Source of the DNA: Betaproteobacteria bacterium
Lineage (GTDB): Bacteria; Pseudomonadota; Gammaproteobacteria; Burkholderiales; SG8-39
DNA: 64,000 nucleotides
Assembly: GCA_004298385.1 (NCBI GenBank)
Contig: SCTX01000106.1
Location: 12-64,011 of the forward strand
Direction of reading: 5' to 3'
The notes below the pieces were generated by a model. The model saw nothing but the letters and a program-made list of their open reading frames with translations. It was not told where the DNA came from and did no database searches. The position numbers and the translations under genes were made by a program. Below are positions 62,568 through 64,000 of the stretch, piece by piece. The stretch's first letter is position 1. Every line of letters begins with the position of its first letter.

Positions 62568-63707
62568 TCATTGCCCCACGCCGAGAAACTCCAGCACCGC
62601 ATCGCGCCGGGAGAAGGTGTCCCGATAGCCCAGATCGATGAGTGCTCGGCAATAGGTCTCCTCGAACAACAGGTAGCTCGCCAGGTTGGAGCCTCGGCGG
62701 TTCATCGCGCCGATGCCGCCGAGCACGAATTTCAGCATCCGCGGCAACTCCTGCACGTGCCGGCCAGCGATGCGCTCGATCGGCTCGCTGGGCGAGATCA
62801 TCAGCACCTTGATCGGGCGCAGGTGCACCCCGGCCTCGAGCCGCTTGTCCTCCGGAATCAGGCTGACCGTGCGGTTGATGCGTTGCAGCCGCTCCAAGTC
62901 CACCGCCAAACCGTCCAGAAAAATGCTATTCAGCGCATGGCCGGCGATCTGAGCGATCGAAGGATAAAGGCTGGAGCGCACCCGCGCCGCCTCGGTCTGC
63001 GCTCGCCCGGTGCCGATCACCAGCACGCGATCGGCGCCCAGATGCAGTGCCGGACTGATCGGCGCGATCTGCCGGATCGAGCCGTCGCCGAAGTATTCGC
63101 GATTGAGCTTCACCGCGGGGAAAAGGAAGGGCAAGGCCGAGGATGCCATGAGGTAATCGACGTTGAGCGTGGTGGCGGCGCCCACGCGCTGGGTGCGCTC
63201 CCAAGCCTCGAGTCCGGGGCCACCTTGGTAAAAGGAGACATTTTCCCCGGATGAATAGCCCGAAGCAGTGACCGACACCGCATAAAGCGCACCCTTGTCG
63301 ATGTTTTTCTGGATGCGCCCGAAATCGAGGTTCTTCTCCAGCATCTCGCGTATCGGCGTGTTGTCGAATAGCGATGCCGGGCTGTTGCGTTTGATCCACA
63401 ACATCGAGGCGAACCAGCGGGCGCTGGTCTTGAGCATGGACCAGGGATCGGCGCGGTAGACCCGCTCCACGTGAAAATTCTCCCACACGTCCAGCAAGTA
63501 GCCCACGCCGCGGCGGAAGTCGTCGGCATAGATCGCGAGCACCGCGGCGTTGATGGCGCCGGCCGAAGTCCCGCACAGTATGGGAAAGGGGTTCTTCGCC
63601 TGGTCGGGCAGCAGATCGCGGACCGCCTTGAGCACGCCTGCCTGGTAGGCAGCGCGCGCGCCGCCGCCGGTGAGAATCAAACCTGCTTTTGGTTTTGTCT
63701 GTCCCAT
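62568..63707 (-). CDS. Patatin-like phospholipase/esterase
   Basis: GGGARAAYQ, GTSAG, DGS. Confidence 0.9.
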   Translation of the reverse strand: MGQTKPKAGLILTGGGARAAYQAGVLKAVRDLLPDQAKNPFPILCGTSAGAINAAVLAIYADDFRRGVGYLLDVWENFHVERVYRADPWSMLKTSARWFASMLWIKRNSPASLFDNTPIREMLEKNLDFGRIQKNIDKGALYAVSVTASGYSSGENVSFYQGGPGLEAWERTQRVGAATTLNVDYLMASSALPFLFPAVKLNREYFGDGSIRQIAPISPALHLGADRVLVIGTGRAQTEAARVRSSLYPSIAQIAGHALNSIFLDGLAVDLERLQRINRTVSLIPEDKRLEAGVHLRPIKVLMISPSEPIERIAGRHVQELPRMLKFVLGGIGAMNRRGSNLASYLLFEETYCRALIDLGYRDTFSRRDAVLEFLGVGQ

Positions 63708-63714
63708 CCCAATG

Positions 63715-64000
63715 CTAGAGCGAAAGTTGCAGCCGGCTGCGCGCCGCGTTCGCGTCTACCACCGTCAGCGCCGCCATGTTGACGATGCGCCGCACCGTGG
63801 CCGATGGCGTGAGGACGTGTACGGGCTTGGCCGAACCGAGCAGGATGGGGCCGAGCGAAATGCCGTCGCCGGCCGCGGTCTTGAGCAGGTTGAAGGCGAT
63901 GTTGGCCGCGTCCACCGTGGGCATAAGCAGCAGATTCGCCTCGCCCTTCAGGCGCGAGCGCGGGAACGCGGCGCGGCGCACCTCGTCGGAGAGCGCCGCA
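63715..64000 (-). CDS. maeB: NADP-malic enzyme C-terminal (PTA-like) domain, partial
   Basis: ANLLLMP..DAANIAFNLLK, GPILLG..KPVH.LTPSATVRRIVNM. Confidence 0.85.
   Translation of the reverse strand, partial: AALSDEVRRAAFPRSRLKGEANLLLMPTVDAANIAFNLLKTAAGDGISLGPILLGSAKPVHVLTPSATVRRIVNMAALTVVDANAARSRLQLSL

Overview
High-GC betaproteobacterial-type chromosomal window. Most of it is housekeeping and metabolic genes: mnmC, glgP, addAB, cydAB-type oxidase, Prx-Grx, fdxA, trxA-rho-rpmE, pgi, ygiQ, orn, rsgA, qor and maeB. The standout is a ~2.5 kb lower-GC cassette (13355-15912) carrying a complete Ec86/St85-like (type II-A) retron. It has a promoter, an msr-msd ncRNA with a1/a2 repeats, branch G and 25-bp msd stem, an NDT-like effector and an RT. 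The cassette lies between the end of a full-length addA helicase/nuclease gene and a second, diverged but uninterrupted copy of the addA 3' third. That copy starts at helicase motif V and includes the whole nuclease domain. No integrase is present. Other observations: a modular REP-like palindrome family with compensatory base changes (8.6 kb and 62.3 kb), a 36-residue-repeat coiled-coil gene abutting a GAF-GAF-PAS adenylate cyclase, a membrane-anchored Bro-N-like protein, a rifampin-phosphotransferase-like operon, two secreted ankyrin proteins, and a vapBC module with an apparently leaderless promoter. All calls come from reading the sequence and recognising motifs; no database searches were run.
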